Origin: Actinomycetota bacterium
GTDB taxonomy: Bacteria; Actinomycetota; Geothermincolia; Geothermincolales; RBG-13-55-18
Length of the DNA: 64,000 bases
Direction of reading: 5' to 3'
Assembly: GCA_034188985.1 (NCBI GenBank)
Contig: JAXHVT010000023.1
Coordinates: 62,005-126,004 of the forward strand
The notes under the pieces are model-generated. The model ran no database searches, was not told where the DNA came from, and worked only from the letters and a program-made list of their open reading frames with translations. Both the position numbers and the translations under genes were made by a program. The number at the start of each line of letters is the position of its first letter. The first letter of the stretch is position 1. This document shows, in pieces, positions 1 through 9,702 of the stretch.

Positions 1-1106
1 GGCGATAATCGGTCTACCGGCTCCCAGGTACTCGAAGATCTTGCCCCCGTACACGCCCTTGGTGTAGGGATCGTTCCACTGGAGTATCAACAGCGCCGTC
101 GATTCCTGCTGACGGCGTATCGATTCCGAGCGGCTTATAACGCCGCGGATCTCCACGATCTCCGGATGTTGGAGTGAGTTCCTCAATTGCGTCAATTTCG
201 GCTCGTAGGGACCGTAGAACCTGATGCCGACATCCCCGGGATCGACAAACCCCTCGTCTATCAACTGCTCGACGGCTTCGACCACCACGGTAGGATCGCG
301 CTTGAATCCGTAGAGCATGCCCGCGTAGGTAAGTATGAACCTGTCGGTCGTCGGGGTCATCTTCTCCTCGTAGTCATCGGGATCGAAACCGCTCATTATG
401 CAGCGAACGCCATGGGGCCTCTGGCCGTGAAGCTCCCGCAGGGCGTCGGCCCAGGGCCGGGTAACGGCGACAATCGCGCCGGCGCGAGAGAGGACGAATC
501 TCTCGAAACGTCGTTCTATGGAAAGCCTCAAGGGAGAGAGCTTCTCGGCCAGGAAGTCGTTCTGGGTCCAGGGATCGCGGAAATCCGCCACCCATGGCAA
601 GCCGCTAAGCCTCTGCAGGGCCGCGGCGACGACGTGGTTGGTGACGGGGGGAGAGGTGCTGTATAAGGCCCGGTAATCCCCCGAAAGAAGCTCCAGGCCC
701 CCCTTGAACAGGGCGAAGGGAAACCACAGGGAATAATCGTCGGGGAAGACGATCCATTGCCTGGCGCCCTTGCGTATACCCTGGAGGAAACGCCTGATCT
801 TTCTCTTGTACCCGGGCTCGTCCCCGCTCTCCACCAGCCCCTCTTCCTCGCCGGGATCCCAGGAAGGGAAGATCCCCATGGAGATCATCGTTCTCTTGGC
901 GGCCTGAATGATATCCGGAAAAGCGGCACGTATGACCTTGCACTCCGCGCCGTTTATCTCCGCAGGCTCCCCTTGCGCCCAGAAGGTCCTGTCCCTCTTT
1001 ACCGTCAAAACGGTCGGAACCCATCCGTGATCGGGCAGGTACTTGGCGAATTTCTGCGTACGTACGCCCCCCATGGTGCCGATGGGGGGGTAGACGTAAC
1101 TTACCA
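1..1106 (-). CDS. Glycosyltransferase family 4 (GT-B fold), 3'-truncated by window edge
   Basis: Manual minus-strand translation from the ATG at 1104-1106 gives an uninterrupted >360-aa frame (MVSYVYPPIGTMGGVRTQKFAKYLPDHGWVP...GGKIFEYLGAGRPIIA). The ORF track omits it because it has no stop inside the window. It has a GT4-like N-domain and an E-x7-E-type C-motif. Its ATG overlaps the upstream GT2 stop (TAATG). Confidence 0.55.
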
Positions 1107-2120
1107 TTAGGACCCGGCTCGCCACGGTGATCCCTTCCGGTAGGAGGTGCGCTGAGGATAAAATGCCGATGCAGCCGCCAATACCTGCATGCCCAGGGTG
1201 ATTACGAAAGCCGACAGAGTCAGGAAGGCGCTTGAATGCCGGTCGGGACGAGCCAGTCTGCAGAAGACGTAGCGGTAGCAATTATAGATCCAGTTATGAC
1301 CGCTCACTTTCTTGACGATCCGCCTGTTTCTGTAGAGGAACCTCCATGTGTTTACGAGGCGAAACAGGCTTATCGCCAATCTATCCCCGCCCAGTCGCCG
1401 GTGACCCCCGGTATCCCACGTATTGCCCCTCAAGTGGTAACATCTGGCGTCCGGGACATACACGAGGGTTTCACCGAGATCCAGCGCTCGGTAGTAGAAA
1501 TCCGTCTCCTCACGGAAGGAGTTCCACCTGTAACCGGGGTCGAAGGCCAGCTTCCCAAGCAGCGAGTTGTGGATCAACGCGATCGCGCACAGGTTGGGCG
1601 TCTCGACCGGTGTTTCCGAACCGGCTTCGAGTTCTAAGAATATACATCCGCCGACAGCCGGGTTCTCCCGTATCTCGAAATCCGTTATCTCCTTTTCGGC
1701 CAAGCCATGAGTACCCCCCGGGATATTTACATCGAGGCAATCGCCCGCCGCTATCGAGGCCCCTCTGGTCACGATGCTTTCGAGCAATAATTCGATATAA
1801 TCGTCCGCTAGAAGGACGTCGTCTTCACCGATGAGAACGTAATCGCCGACGGCCATGGATGCGCCGTCGTTCTTGGATATCTGTGAGCCCATTCTGCGAT
1901 CGTGCTTCAGGTACTTGATGGGCACGGGGCATTCAGCCCGCAATCCCGGTACCAGCTCTTCCATGTGGTCCGGGGACGCATCGTCAACGACGATTATCTC
2001 CACGACGTGAGGCTGGATGTACGATTTCAGGGTGTGGGAAAGGATGTCCGCGCGATTATAGGTTGGAATTATCACGGAAACAGAGTGCTCTCCCAGGGGC
2101 ATATTATTCTCCGTCGTCAT
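1107..2120 (-). CDS. Glycosyltransferase family 2
   Basis: 337-aa ORF. N-terminal VSVIIPTYNRADIL and a DDASPD-type motif are typical of GT-A/GT2 enzymes. Confidence 0.8.
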   Translation of the reverse strand: MTTENNMPLGEHSVSVIIPTYNRADILSHTLKSYIQPHVVEIIVVDDASPDHMEELVPGLRAECPVPIKYLKHDRRMGSQISKNDGASMAVGDYVLIGEDDVLLADDYIELLLESIVTRGASIAAGDCLDVNIPGGTHGLAEKEITDFEIRENPAVGGCIFLELEAGSETPVETPNLCAIALIHNSLLGKLAFDPGYRWNSFREETDFYYRALDLGETLVYVPDARCYHLRGNTWDTGGHRRLGGDRLAISLFRLVNTWRFLYRNRRIVKKVSGHNWIYNCYRYVFCRLARPDRHSSAFLTLSAFVITLGMQVLAAASAFYPQRTSYRKGSPWRAGS

Positions 2121-2407
2121 GGTGAGAATTATATACTTCCCCGTAAATCATATTCAATCGCTATGAGCGACGTATCCCGGCCGCGCGAGAGGGATTGATT
2201 ACTCATGAGGATGTCGCGATCTCCCGAGCCATGCACAGCCCGCTGCAACGCCCGCGCCATACGACAGGACGGGTGTCCACTCGGCGCGCCGCGGCGACGG
2301 CCCCACGGCCGCCGGCGCGGAGAACCGGGGCAGACCTAGCGGACGCTCGGGGCGGCGGCGACGGATATCGACAGCCGGTAAGCACCGGGAGGAGAGAGAT
2401 GTCCCGC

Positions 2408-2436
2408 TTTCCAGCCGGTGGTTATTCCAATAGAAT
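2408..2436 (+). promoter_or_regulatory. Candidate sigma70-like promoter (TTCCAG-16nt-TAGAAT) for wecB
   Basis: The track ORF 2195-2506 preceding wecB has low third-position GC, unlike true genes here, so it is read as non-coding. It contains a -10-like TAGAAT with a plausible -35. Confidence 0.25.
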
Positions 2437-2506
2437 TGTGCGTGTGCGAGAGATGCTATCGACAGCGATTACCGCTCGCACCGCGTCGTTTATATGCGTA
2501 GAAGGC

Positions 2507-3610
2507 ATGGTGAATGAATTGAAGATCGCCCTGATAGTCGGCGCACGGCCCAATTTCATAAAGATCGCCCCCATAGTCAGGGAGCTGGAAGAGCGACGCA
2601 TGGACTACACCCTGATACATACCGGCCAGCATTACGATTTCGAGATGAGCGAGACCTTCTTCGCATCCCTGGGCCTGCGGGAGCCCGATTACTATATCGG
2701 GATTGGATCGGGTACTAACAATTACCAGACGGCGAAGGCGATGCTCGGGCTCGAGGGGGTCCTCGACGAGACGGGGCCGGATCTCGTCGTGGTGGTCGGG
2801 GACGTGAACAGCACCCTCGCCGGTGCCCTGTCCGCGGTCAAACTAGGTATCGAGGTTGCTCACGTCGAGGCGGGCTTGAGAAGCTTCGACCGTTCCATGC
2901 CCGAGGAGATAAACAGGGTCCTCACCGACGCCATATCCGACCTGCTTTTCACCTCCTGCGAGGACGCCGACGAGAATCTCGCGAGAGAGGGTATCAGCAG
3001 GGACAAGATATTCTTCGTCGGCAATATCATGATAGATACGCTGGTGGACCTGATGCCCGAGATCAGGCGATCCACGATACTGGAGGAATTTGGCCTGAAG
3101 CGCGGGGAGTACGCATTCGTCACGTTGCACCGACCCAGCAACGTCGATGCCAGAGAGACGCTCGCCGAGATCGCCGGGGCGCTCGAGTCGATAGGAGGCA
3201 TGGGGCTTAGAATCGTTTTTCCGGTGCATCCGCGCACAAGACGGAGGATCGGGGATTTCGGATTAACGGGCAGGTTCGACGGGATTCAGAACCTGATACT
3301 ACTCGATCCTCTGGGTTACGTGGAGTCCATGGCCGCCACGTATTCGGCGCGGCTCGTACTCACCGATTCCGGGGGCTTGCAGGAGGAGACGACTTACCTC
3401 GGGATTCCCTGTCTGACGTTGAGGCCCAACACGGAACGCCCCGTTACTATCCGCATAGGGACCAACGTGTTGCTCGATAAAGGACCGTCGATGATACCCT
3501 CGGCGATGTCGACGATTCTCGAGGGCGGCGAAATACCACACCGGATTCCTGATCTATGGGACGGAAATACAGCGAAGAGGATAATCGAGACGGTGATCGA
3601 CCGCCTGTAG
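2507..3610 (+). CDS. wecB: UDP-N-acetylglucosamine 2-epimerase (non-hydrolysing)
   Basis: MVNELKIALIVGARPNFIKIAPI...HTGQHYD...HVEAGLRS... is the canonical WecB/MnaA signature. Start moved to the ATG at 2507. The ORF-track extension back to 2195 is Ala/Arg-rich with low GC3. Confidence 0.85.
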   Translation: MVNELKIALIVGARPNFIKIAPIVRELEERRMDYTLIHTGQHYDFEMSETFFASLGLREPDYYIGIGSGTNNYQTAKAMLGLEGVLDETGPDLVVVVGDVNSTLAGALSAVKLGIEVAHVEAGLRSFDRSMPEEINRVLTDAISDLLFTSCEDADENLAREGISRDKIFFVGNIMIDTLVDLMPEIRRSTILEEFGLKRGEYAFVTLHRPSNVDARETLAEIAGALESIGGMGLRIVFPVHPRTRRRIGDFGLTGRFDGIQNLILLDPLGYVESMAATYSARLVLTDSGGLQEETTYLGIPCLTLRPNTERPVTIRIGTNVLLDKGPSMIPSAMSTILEGGEIPHRIPDLWDGNTAKRIIETVIDRL

Positions 3611-3636
3611 AGCCCATTCACTCGCCCCGCCCGCGA

Positions 3637-3650
3637 TGACGTTTACGTCA
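3637..3650. promoter_or_regulatory. Perfect palindrome TGACGTTTACGTCA downstream of wecB
   Basis: 14-nt inverted repeat seen directly, followed by a GC-rich hairpin (CCGGCcgtGCCGG). Possible terminator or regulator site. Confidence 0.25.
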
Positions 3651-3874
3651 CCGGCCGTGCCGGTCGTCTCATTAGGCCACGGCTGGACGCCTGGAACGGC
3701 AAGGCGATCTTGAAGGTGAATTACCACACACGACGCCCTTATCAACCCGATAAGAGGTTGCAGGTTTCACCCCGGCCCGTGTTTTACGCCGCCCCAGAGG
3801 AACGACGCAACCCCGTGTATGCCTGTGAAGCAAGAACACATAACCATCCTGACCGGCCTGTCTTATAAAGTAGT

Positions 3875-3906
3875 ACACACTAAATACACATAAAGTGTGT
3901 TATAAT
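3875..3906 (+). promoter_or_regulatory. Extended -10 promoter (TGTTATAAT) with overlapping inverted repeat ACACACT-n12-AGTGTGT (candidate RHH operator)
   Basis: TATAAT at 3901-3906 is preceded by TG, an extended -10. A 7-bp inverted repeat at 3875-3881/3894-3900 lies immediately upstream of the RHH-domain gene. This is the typical arrangement for autoregulated antitoxin operons. Confidence 0.45.
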
Positions 3907-3937
3907 TTGCGTTAGCAATGATTTCGAAGGGAGCACG

Positions 3938-4597
3938 ATGGCGATCAGGGTGAACGTAACCATGCCCGAGAAGTTCCTCGAGGCGGTGGATGACGCGGCT
4001 AGGGAGGAACACCGCGGCCGCAGTGAGCTGATAAGAGAGGCACTCAGGTTGTACCTAAGCCGGGTCGGTGAAAGCGGCGGAGGGGCCGGGGAGGCGAAAC
4101 GGAAGGTGGAGGGAGATACTAAAGCGATGAACGCCGCCAGGGAGGCTGCGCCGGTATCCGGTACGCCCGGGACCGGCTCGCGCCAGGCGCTTCGCGATAT
4201 CCTCCGGGGGGATGGTGACGTGGAGTTGGCCTTTCTCTTGCCGCCCCCGGCTGCGGGTGGAGCGGGGATAGAGGGAGAGGCCCATTTAGCCGTGCTGTTA
4301 AAGAAGGACTTGACGGGAGGAACGCTCGAGCGGAAGCGGCTCGAACTGCGCCGGCTTGCCGCGGGGGCGGCGGGACCCGACGTTGCGGACGTAATCGTCC
4401 TCAACCGGGCGCCGCCGGGGCTTAGTTACGATGTGGCGGGGAAAGGAAGGGCCGCGTACGAAAAGGAGGATGGGGTGAGGCAGTCCTTCGAGGTGAGCGC
4501 GATAAACGGGTATCTCGATTTCGCGAAGGTGGAGAAGGAATACAACGCCCTCCTGGCCGAGAGGATAAAGAAAGGGGAGATGGTATCTGAACGCTAA
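3938..4597 (+). CDS. RHH (CopG/MetJ-like) DNA-binding domain fused to MntA-like minimal-nucleotidyltransferase-fold antitoxin with degenerate catalytic motif
   Basis: N-terminus MAIRVNVTMPEKFLEAVDDAAREEHRGRSELIREALRLYL is a ribbon-helix-helix. C-terminus VADVIVLNRAPPGLSYDVAGKGRAAYEKEDGVRQSFEVSAINGYLDF matches the MNT C-terminal helix region. The GS...DxD position reads LAFLLPPPAAGGAGIEGEAHLAVLL, giving GS->PP and DID->EAH. Confidence 0.65.
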   Translation: MAIRVNVTMPEKFLEAVDDAAREEHRGRSELIREALRLYLSRVGESGGGAGEAKRKVEGDTKAMNAAREAAPVSGTPGTGSRQALRDILRGDGDVELAFLLPPPAAGGAGIEGEAHLAVLLKKDLTGGTLERKRLELRRLAAGAAGPDVADVIVLNRAPPGLSYDVAGKGRAAYEKEDGVRQSFEVSAINGYLDFAKVEKEYNALLAERIKKGEMVSER

Positions 4598-5015
4598 ACC
4601 GATCTGGAGGCTTCTCGATCATCTCAGGGAGGTTCTTGGCGAGCTCTCGAGGCTGCATGCGTGGGGAGCGGCGGATCTCCGGGAGCAGCGGGATTTCAAG
4701 GAGGAGAGAGCCCTTGAGCGCTGCCTTTACCTGGCCATCCAGGACGTGCTGGATATCGGTTCCCACATCGTTTCCTCGCTGTCTCTGGGGATGCCCGAGT
4801 CCTACCGGGACATCGTGGATAAGCTGGGCGGCGAGGGGGTAGTCCCCATGGAGCTGGTGGAGCGCTTGAGGGAGCTGGCCTCCTTCAGGGACGTCCTGGA
4901 GCACGGGTACCTGGCGCTCGATGCCTCCCAGGTCCGCGAATATCTTGAGCGGGGTGGAGACATGGAGGAATTCGCCCGCTGCGTGGTGGACTTTCTCGAT
5001 GACCGCGGGACTTAA
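4587..5015 (+). CDS. hepT: HepT-like HEPN toxin (DUF86), start codon uncertain
   Basis: Rx4HxY HEPN motif (FRDVLEHGY). ORF track gives 4746-5015 from an internal GTG. The same frame is open back to 4569 and encodes a HepT-like N-terminus (IWRLLDHLREVLGELSRLHAWGAADLREQRDFKEERALERCLYLAIQD). That stretch has no in-frame ATG/GTG/TTG. It overlaps the mntA-like stop at 4595-4597. Confidence 0.55.
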   Translation: MNAKPIWRLLDHLREVLGELSRLHAWGAADLREQRDFKEERALERCLYLAIQDVLDIGSHIVSSLSLGMPESYRDIVDKLGGEGVVPMELVERLRELASFRDVLEHGYLALDASQVREYLERGGDMEEFARCVVDFLDDRGT

Positions 5016-5331
5016 GTGACTCGCGTCGTGACCGGCCGGCGCAATAGCTAAGCTAGGGGCGGGGAGGCCGGAAGGTTGATCGAAGATTTGGTTGGAGGTG
5101 CGGTAATGCGGGAGACGGGATGCGGGATCGACGGCGTGGAGCCCATATGGCGGCGGTATCAGCCCTCGATCGGGTCGAAAACCGAAGACCTCGGCGCGGA
5201 ACGTGAGATCGACGTGAGATACCGGGGGACCCGGGAGGCGGACCACGGCGTCGTAAGTCTGGGACATGGTTGTAGAATCGGGTATAGGCCCGGGTGGGTC
5301 GATGATAGCGATGCGAGGGAGGGACGTTGAT

Positions 5332-6147
5332 GTGAGAAGAGCGATACCGGCGTCCTTGGCCCTGCTGTTGGTGGCCGCTGTGGCCTGCTGGGGATGCGGC
5401 GGCGGAAAGGAGCCCCGGGCCTGGCTGGACGAGACCTCCCAGTCCGCGTCCCGATATATCGAGGATGGGGGCTATCTCCATTTCGGGGAGGAGGTTGAAT
5501 ACCGGCTGACCACCGGGGAATCCAGCGTGGAACAGTCGATCGAGATGGAGGGCGACAACATCTTCCCCTACCGCCAGCGTTACGATTACCGGGAGACGGT
5601 GATCAGCGCGGAGATGCCGGATCAACCCCAGGAGAACAGTTTCTCCTACTTGACCGTCGATGGCGGAGCGACGGCGTTCGTGGAGGGGGAGCGCCTCACG
5701 GAGCAGCTGGGAGTTATCGGATGGATACATTACACTCCCACCGAGGAGGAAAACCGTTTCTTCAACTACCCCGACCTGATAAAGACCCTTACCAGCACCG
5801 AGGACGAGGTGAGGAGCCTGGGTTATAAGGAAGTCGACGGGACGAGATGCGTCCATCTCCAGTACAAGGTCAGCGGGGAGGATCTGATGCGGATGCGCCT
5901 GCAGGAGGATCCCTCACTGCAGGAGAAATACCAGGACGTGGATATATCAGAGCTGTTCGATGACATGGAAGTAGAGCTGTGGATAGGCGAGGACGACGGC
6001 CTGCCCCGGCAGGTTGTCATGAGCCAGGTTATCCTCGAGGAGGAGCAGGCGAATGCCGAGATACGCTTTCATATCCTGCTGAGTGGATACGGTGAGGAGG
6101 CGCCTGTGCAGATTGAGCAACCCGCCTTCTTCACAGATGCCATGTGA
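5332..6147 (+). CDS. Lipoprotein of unknown function
   Basis: GTG start with an AGGGAGGGA SD. Signal peptide MRRAIPASLALLLVAAVAC has a lipobox (AVAC). The mature ~250-aa acidic domain has no recognised motif. Confidence 0.55.
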   Translation: MRRAIPASLALLLVAAVACWGCGGGKEPRAWLDETSQSASRYIEDGGYLHFGEEVEYRLTTGESSVEQSIEMEGDNIFPYRQRYDYRETVISAEMPDQPQENSFSYLTVDGGATAFVEGERLTEQLGVIGWIHYTPTEEENRFFNYPDLIKTLTSTEDEVRSLGYKEVDGTRCVHLQYKVSGEDLMRMRLQEDPSLQEKYQDVDISELFDDMEVELWIGEDDGLPRQVVMSQVILEEEQANAEIRFHILLSGYGEEAPVQIEQPAFFTDAM

Positions 6148-6183
6148 CTCGAGGGACCGGGTGCTGAAAATGGGATTTGCGGC

Positions 6184-6192
6184 TGGTATAAT
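6184..6192 (+). promoter_or_regulatory. Extended -10 element TGgTATAAT upstream of the 6251 operon
   Basis: TATAAT at 6187-6192 preceded by TG. Candidate promoter for the EamA-like/GT4/GT2/GT2/membrane-protein operon. Confidence 0.3.
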
Positions 6193-6250
6193 ACGCTAGA
6201 TTCTTTCATCAACCGGATATGGATTCCGTAACGCGGGGTTAGGAGGAGAT

Positions 6251-6661
6251 ATGCACGCAGCGATCAAGCCGACGTCTTTCGTTTTAATATTTTTCGCGGT
6301 GACCCTTGCCGTAGCGGGCCAGATCTGCCTCAGGCGGGGGATGAACACCCTGACGGAGAGGACGGGTCTGGAGGGCACCGACCTCCTCAAGCAGCCGATC
6401 ACATTCATAAAGGAGATCTGCAAGACCTGGGTGGTCTTGCTGGGACTGCTCTTCTTCGTCTCCTCTGCCTTCTTCTGGCTGATGGTACTGTCATCCGTAC
6501 CGCTGGGCGTGGCGTATCCCTTCGTAGCCCTTACCTATATCGCGGTCATGGTTTACGACAAGATATTCGAGAACTATCCCATCAACGCATGGAACTGGGT
6601 GGGGGTGTTCTTGATCGTCACGGGAGTGATCATGATATCGATGAGGGCCACTCCGGAATGA
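6251..6661 (+). CDS. Small 4-TM DMT/EamA-like membrane protein (ArnE/ArnF-like candidate lipid-linked sugar flippase subunit)
   Basis: 136 aa with four hydrophobic segments and an EamA-like C-terminal pattern (...GVAYPFVALTYIAVMVYDKIFENYPINAWNWVGVFLIVTGVIMIS). Confidence 0.6.
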   Translation: MHAAIKPTSFVLIFFAVTLAVAGQICLRRGMNTLTERTGLEGTDLLKQPITFIKEICKTWVVLLGLLFFVSSAFFWLMVLSSVPLGVAYPFVALTYIAVMVYDKIFENYPINAWNWVGVFLIVTGVIMISMRATPE

Positions 6662-6693
6662 CGCCTGTAAGGGAGGCTGGAGCTGAACTGAGG

Positions 6694-7854
6694 ATGAAGG
6701 TCGTATTCGACGGCACTCCTTTCCTGCTGGAGAAGACGGGGATAGGGCATTACACCGACAACATGATCGCCCAGCTCCTACGGGAGTCGGCGGGGCTGGA
6801 GATAAGCCTATTCACCATCTCTTTACGGGGCGGTCACCGCCTGAAACGATCCGCCCCCGCTATTCCCGGGGTGGAGGCTAGAGGCTATAACCTTCCAGCC
6901 AACTTCCTGTACTATCACTGGTGGAATAGGACTTCTCTTTTTCCCGCGGAGAGACTGGTGGGCGAGTTCGATATCTTCCATTCCACCAACTACCAGGCGC
7001 CGGTCCTGCGGGAGGCGCGACTGGTATCCACGGTACACGATATAAATTTCGTGCGCTTCCCGGAGATGCAGAGCAGGGGCATCAGGCGATTCATCAAGGC
7101 CCTGCCGCCCCTCCTGGAGAGGTCCAGCGCCGTCCTGGCCGACTCCCACTTTACAGCCGGGGAGCTGATGGAGGTCTACGGCCTGCCCGGGGATAAGCTG
7201 CGGGTGGTCTATCCTGGCCTGAACCCTGTTTTCAGGGACGAGCCCGGGGCGGAGGAGACGGAGACCTCGCTGCGCGCCTACTGCCTGGAACCCCCCTACC
7301 TCGCCTATATCGGCAGCCTGCATCCCCGCAAGAACCTGGCCACGCTGATCGAGGCCTATTCCATGTTGCGTGACCGGGGTCTGGAGCACCGCCTGGCGGT
7401 GATAGGCGGAGGGGGCTTGGGGCAGCTTCATAACGTCGAGTATCGCAAGCTCACCAGGCGGGTGAGGGAGCTGGGCCTGGAGGAAAACATAGTGTTCACC
7501 GGGTACGTACCCGACGAGCGCCTGAAATGCCTACTAGTCGCGGCGGACATGATGGTGTTCCCGTCCATCTACGAGGGATTCGGCCTGCCGCCGCTGGAGG
7601 CCATGGCCTGTGGCGTGCCCGTCATCACCTCGCGACGGGCCTCCCTGCCGGAGGTGGTGGGTGATGCCGCCCTGCTTCTGGAGGACCCCCTGGAACCCAC
7701 CGAGATAGCGGACAAGGCGGAGGCCCTGCTCTCCGATACCTCCCTTCGCTCCGAACTGGTGGAGCGGGGCCGCGAGCTATCGCGCCGTTTCACCTGGGCG
7801 AAGGCGGCCCGAGAAGTGCTGCAGGTCTACCGCCAGGTAATGGAGGGAGGATAG
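6694..7854 (+). CDS. Glycosyltransferase family 4
   Basis: Starts MKVVFDGTPFLL (GT4 N-domain). C-terminal EGFGLPPLEAMACGVPVITS is the E-x7-E motif. An alternative ATG at 6658 overlaps the upstream stop as ATGA. Confidence 0.8.
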   Translation: MKVVFDGTPFLLEKTGIGHYTDNMIAQLLRESAGLEISLFTISLRGGHRLKRSAPAIPGVEARGYNLPANFLYYHWWNRTSLFPAERLVGEFDIFHSTNYQAPVLREARLVSTVHDINFVRFPEMQSRGIRRFIKALPPLLERSSAVLADSHFTAGELMEVYGLPGDKLRVVYPGLNPVFRDEPGAEETETSLRAYCLEPPYLAYIGSLHPRKNLATLIEAYSMLRDRGLEHRLAVIGGGGLGQLHNVEYRKLTRRVRELGLEENIVFTGYVPDERLKCLLVAADMMVFPSIYEGFGLPPLEAMACGVPVITSRRASLPEVVGDAALLLEDPLEPTEIADKAEALLSDTSLRSELVERGRELSRRFTWAKAAREVLQVYRQVMEGG

Positions 7855-7858
7855 GGGT

Positions 7859-8833
7859 GTGTCGGGGGGAGAGGCTGACGACCGCCGCGATGCCGGGATC
7901 TCCTTGATAGCAACGCTGCTCGACGAGAAGGCGACCCTCGGGGAGTGGTGGCGGAGTATCATGGCCCAGACCCGGCCGCCGCGGGAGATAGTGGTGGTGG
8001 ACGGCGGGTCGAGGGACGGCACCCCCGGGATTCTACGCGAGATGGCCGAGGAAGCGCCCTTCCCGGTGCGTATCCACGAGGAGCCCGGCTGCAATATCGC
8101 CCGGGGAAGAAACCGCGCAATAGAGCTGGCCTCGCATCGCGTCATCGCCGTGACCGACGGCGGCTGCGTGCTGCATAAGCGCTGGCTGGAGAACCTGGTG
8201 CGTCCTATGCTGGACGATCCGGAGATCAACCTGGTGGCCGGTTTTTACCAGCCCCTGGAGGGCGACTGGTTCCAGGGGCTTTCCGCCTGCGCCACACTTC
8301 CCCTGCCCTGGGAGGTGAGGGCGGGCCGCTTCATGCCCTCCTCGCGCTCCATCGCCTTCCGGCGCGAGGTTTGGGAGGAGGTGGGCGGTTATCCGGAATG
8401 GCTGGATATAGGCGAGGATATGTACTTCAATCATGCCTGGAAGGTCTCCGGAATCAGCTTCGCCACGGCCAAGGGAGCCCTGGCTTACTGGAGGATGAGA
8501 AAGGACCTGGCCGGCCTGCTGAAACAATATTTCCTTTACGCCCGGGGGGACGGGGAATCCGGCATGTATCCCCAGCGCCACGCCATACGCTTCTCGGCCT
8601 ACGGCTGGCTGGTTCTGGCCGCGTTCTCGTGGCGCGGGTTCTTAGAACCCACCCTGGTCGCGGCGTCGCTTTACAGCGGCAGGCGCTGGCTGCGCGTCCC
8701 TTTCTATATGCGTAACGAGACCCCGCTGCGGCAGGCGGCGGCCTACGCGGCCCTCCCGCCACTCCTGGCGGCCATCGACGGCGCCAAGATGGCGGGATAT
8801 ATATGCGGTCTGCTCGGAGGGCGGCGGAGATGA
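7859..8833 (+). CDS. Glycosyltransferase family 2
   Basis: GTG start after a GGAGG SD. GISLIATLLDE...VVVDGGSRDGT... is GT-A/GT2-like. Confidence 0.75.
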   Translation: MSGGEADDRRDAGISLIATLLDEKATLGEWWRSIMAQTRPPREIVVVDGGSRDGTPGILREMAEEAPFPVRIHEEPGCNIARGRNRAIELASHRVIAVTDGGCVLHKRWLENLVRPMLDDPEINLVAGFYQPLEGDWFQGLSACATLPLPWEVRAGRFMPSSRSIAFRREVWEEVGGYPEWLDIGEDMYFNHAWKVSGISFATAKGALAYWRMRKDLAGLLKQYFLYARGDGESGMYPQRHAIRFSAYGWLVLAAFSWRGFLEPTLVAASLYSGRRWLRVPFYMRNETPLRQAAAYAALPPLLAAIDGAKMAGYICGLLGGRRR

Positions 8834-9702
8834 ACCTGGCTCTGATCATCGTCAACTACAACACCAGGGAAGATCTGCGCAAGTGCCTGCTGTCCCTGCG
8901 TGAAAAGCTGGACGAACCGTATACCGTGGTGGTTGACAACGGGTCTAGCGACGGCAGCAGGGAGATGGTCCTTGAGGATTTTCCCTGGGTCCGGTTGGTG
9001 GACAACCCCGGCAATCCCGGCTACGCTTCCGCCTGCAACCGGGGCCTGGCGGAGACGACCCAGCCCTACGTGCTCATACTCAACAGCGACGTGGAGTTCG
9101 AGGAGAACGGGCTGCGGGAAGTCCTGGCCTACCTGGAGCAAAACGAGGACGTGGGGGTCCTGGGACCCCTGGTCCTCAACAGCGACGGCTCCGTTCAGAT
9201 GTCCTGCCGGCGCTTTCCCTCCATGCGCCAGAACGTGGTCCACGGCTTCCTGGGGGATATCTGGCCCGACAATCGCCTCACCCGCTCCTACCAGATGAAG
9301 GAGCTCGAGCGGGACCGGCCCTGCGAGGTGGACTGGGTATCCGGCGCGGCCATATTTCTCAGGCGCAGCGCCGTCCGCGAGGTTGGCGGTTTCGACGAGG
9401 ACTATTTCATGTACGTGGAGGACGTGGACATCTGCTGGCGCCTGGCCCGGGCGGGTTTCAGGACGGTGTTCCACCCCGCCTTCAGCCTGGTCCATCACAT
9501 AGGCAGGACCAGCTCGCAGCAGTCCGTTCGTATGCTCTACCAGCACCACCGCAGCATGTACATTTTCTTCCGCCGCAGGTACGAGGGGTGGAGGGGTGCG
9601 GCGATGGCACCCGTGGTGATGGCCGGGCTGGCCGGCAGGTTCCTGCTTTCCCTGCTCATCCAGAGGTTACGAGCCCGGAGAGAAAGGGTGGGAGGGTCTT
9701 GA
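8830..9702 (+). CDS. Glycosyltransferase family 2 (rhamnosyltransferase-like)
   Basis: MNLALIIVNYNTREDLRKCL...VVVDNGSSDGS...DVDICWR; WbbL/GT2-like. Its ATG overlaps the previous stop (ATGA). Confidence 0.8.
   Translation: MNLALIIVNYNTREDLRKCLLSLREKLDEPYTVVVDNGSSDGSREMVLEDFPWVRLVDNPGNPGYASACNRGLAETTQPYVLILNSDVEFEENGLREVLAYLEQNEDVGVLGPLVLNSDGSVQMSCRRFPSMRQNVVHGFLGDIWPDNRLTRSYQMKELERDRPCEVDWVSGAAIFLRRSAVREVGGFDEDYFMYVEDVDICWRLARAGFRTVFHPAFSLVHHIGRTSSQQSVRMLYQHHRSMYIFFRRRYEGWRGAAMAPVVMAGLAGRFLLSLLIQRLRARRERVGGS

Noticed and set aside
2195-2506. N-terminal 104-aa extension of wecB in the ORF track
   Set aside because: Low third-position GC and Ala/Arg-rich sequence. It contains promoter-like TAGAAT. 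WecB homologs start at the MKI/MVN...ALIVGARP position.
4422-5856. 281-aa and 267-aa minus-strand ORFs
   Set aside because: Antisense to the HepT and lipoprotein genes; Pro/Arg-rich.
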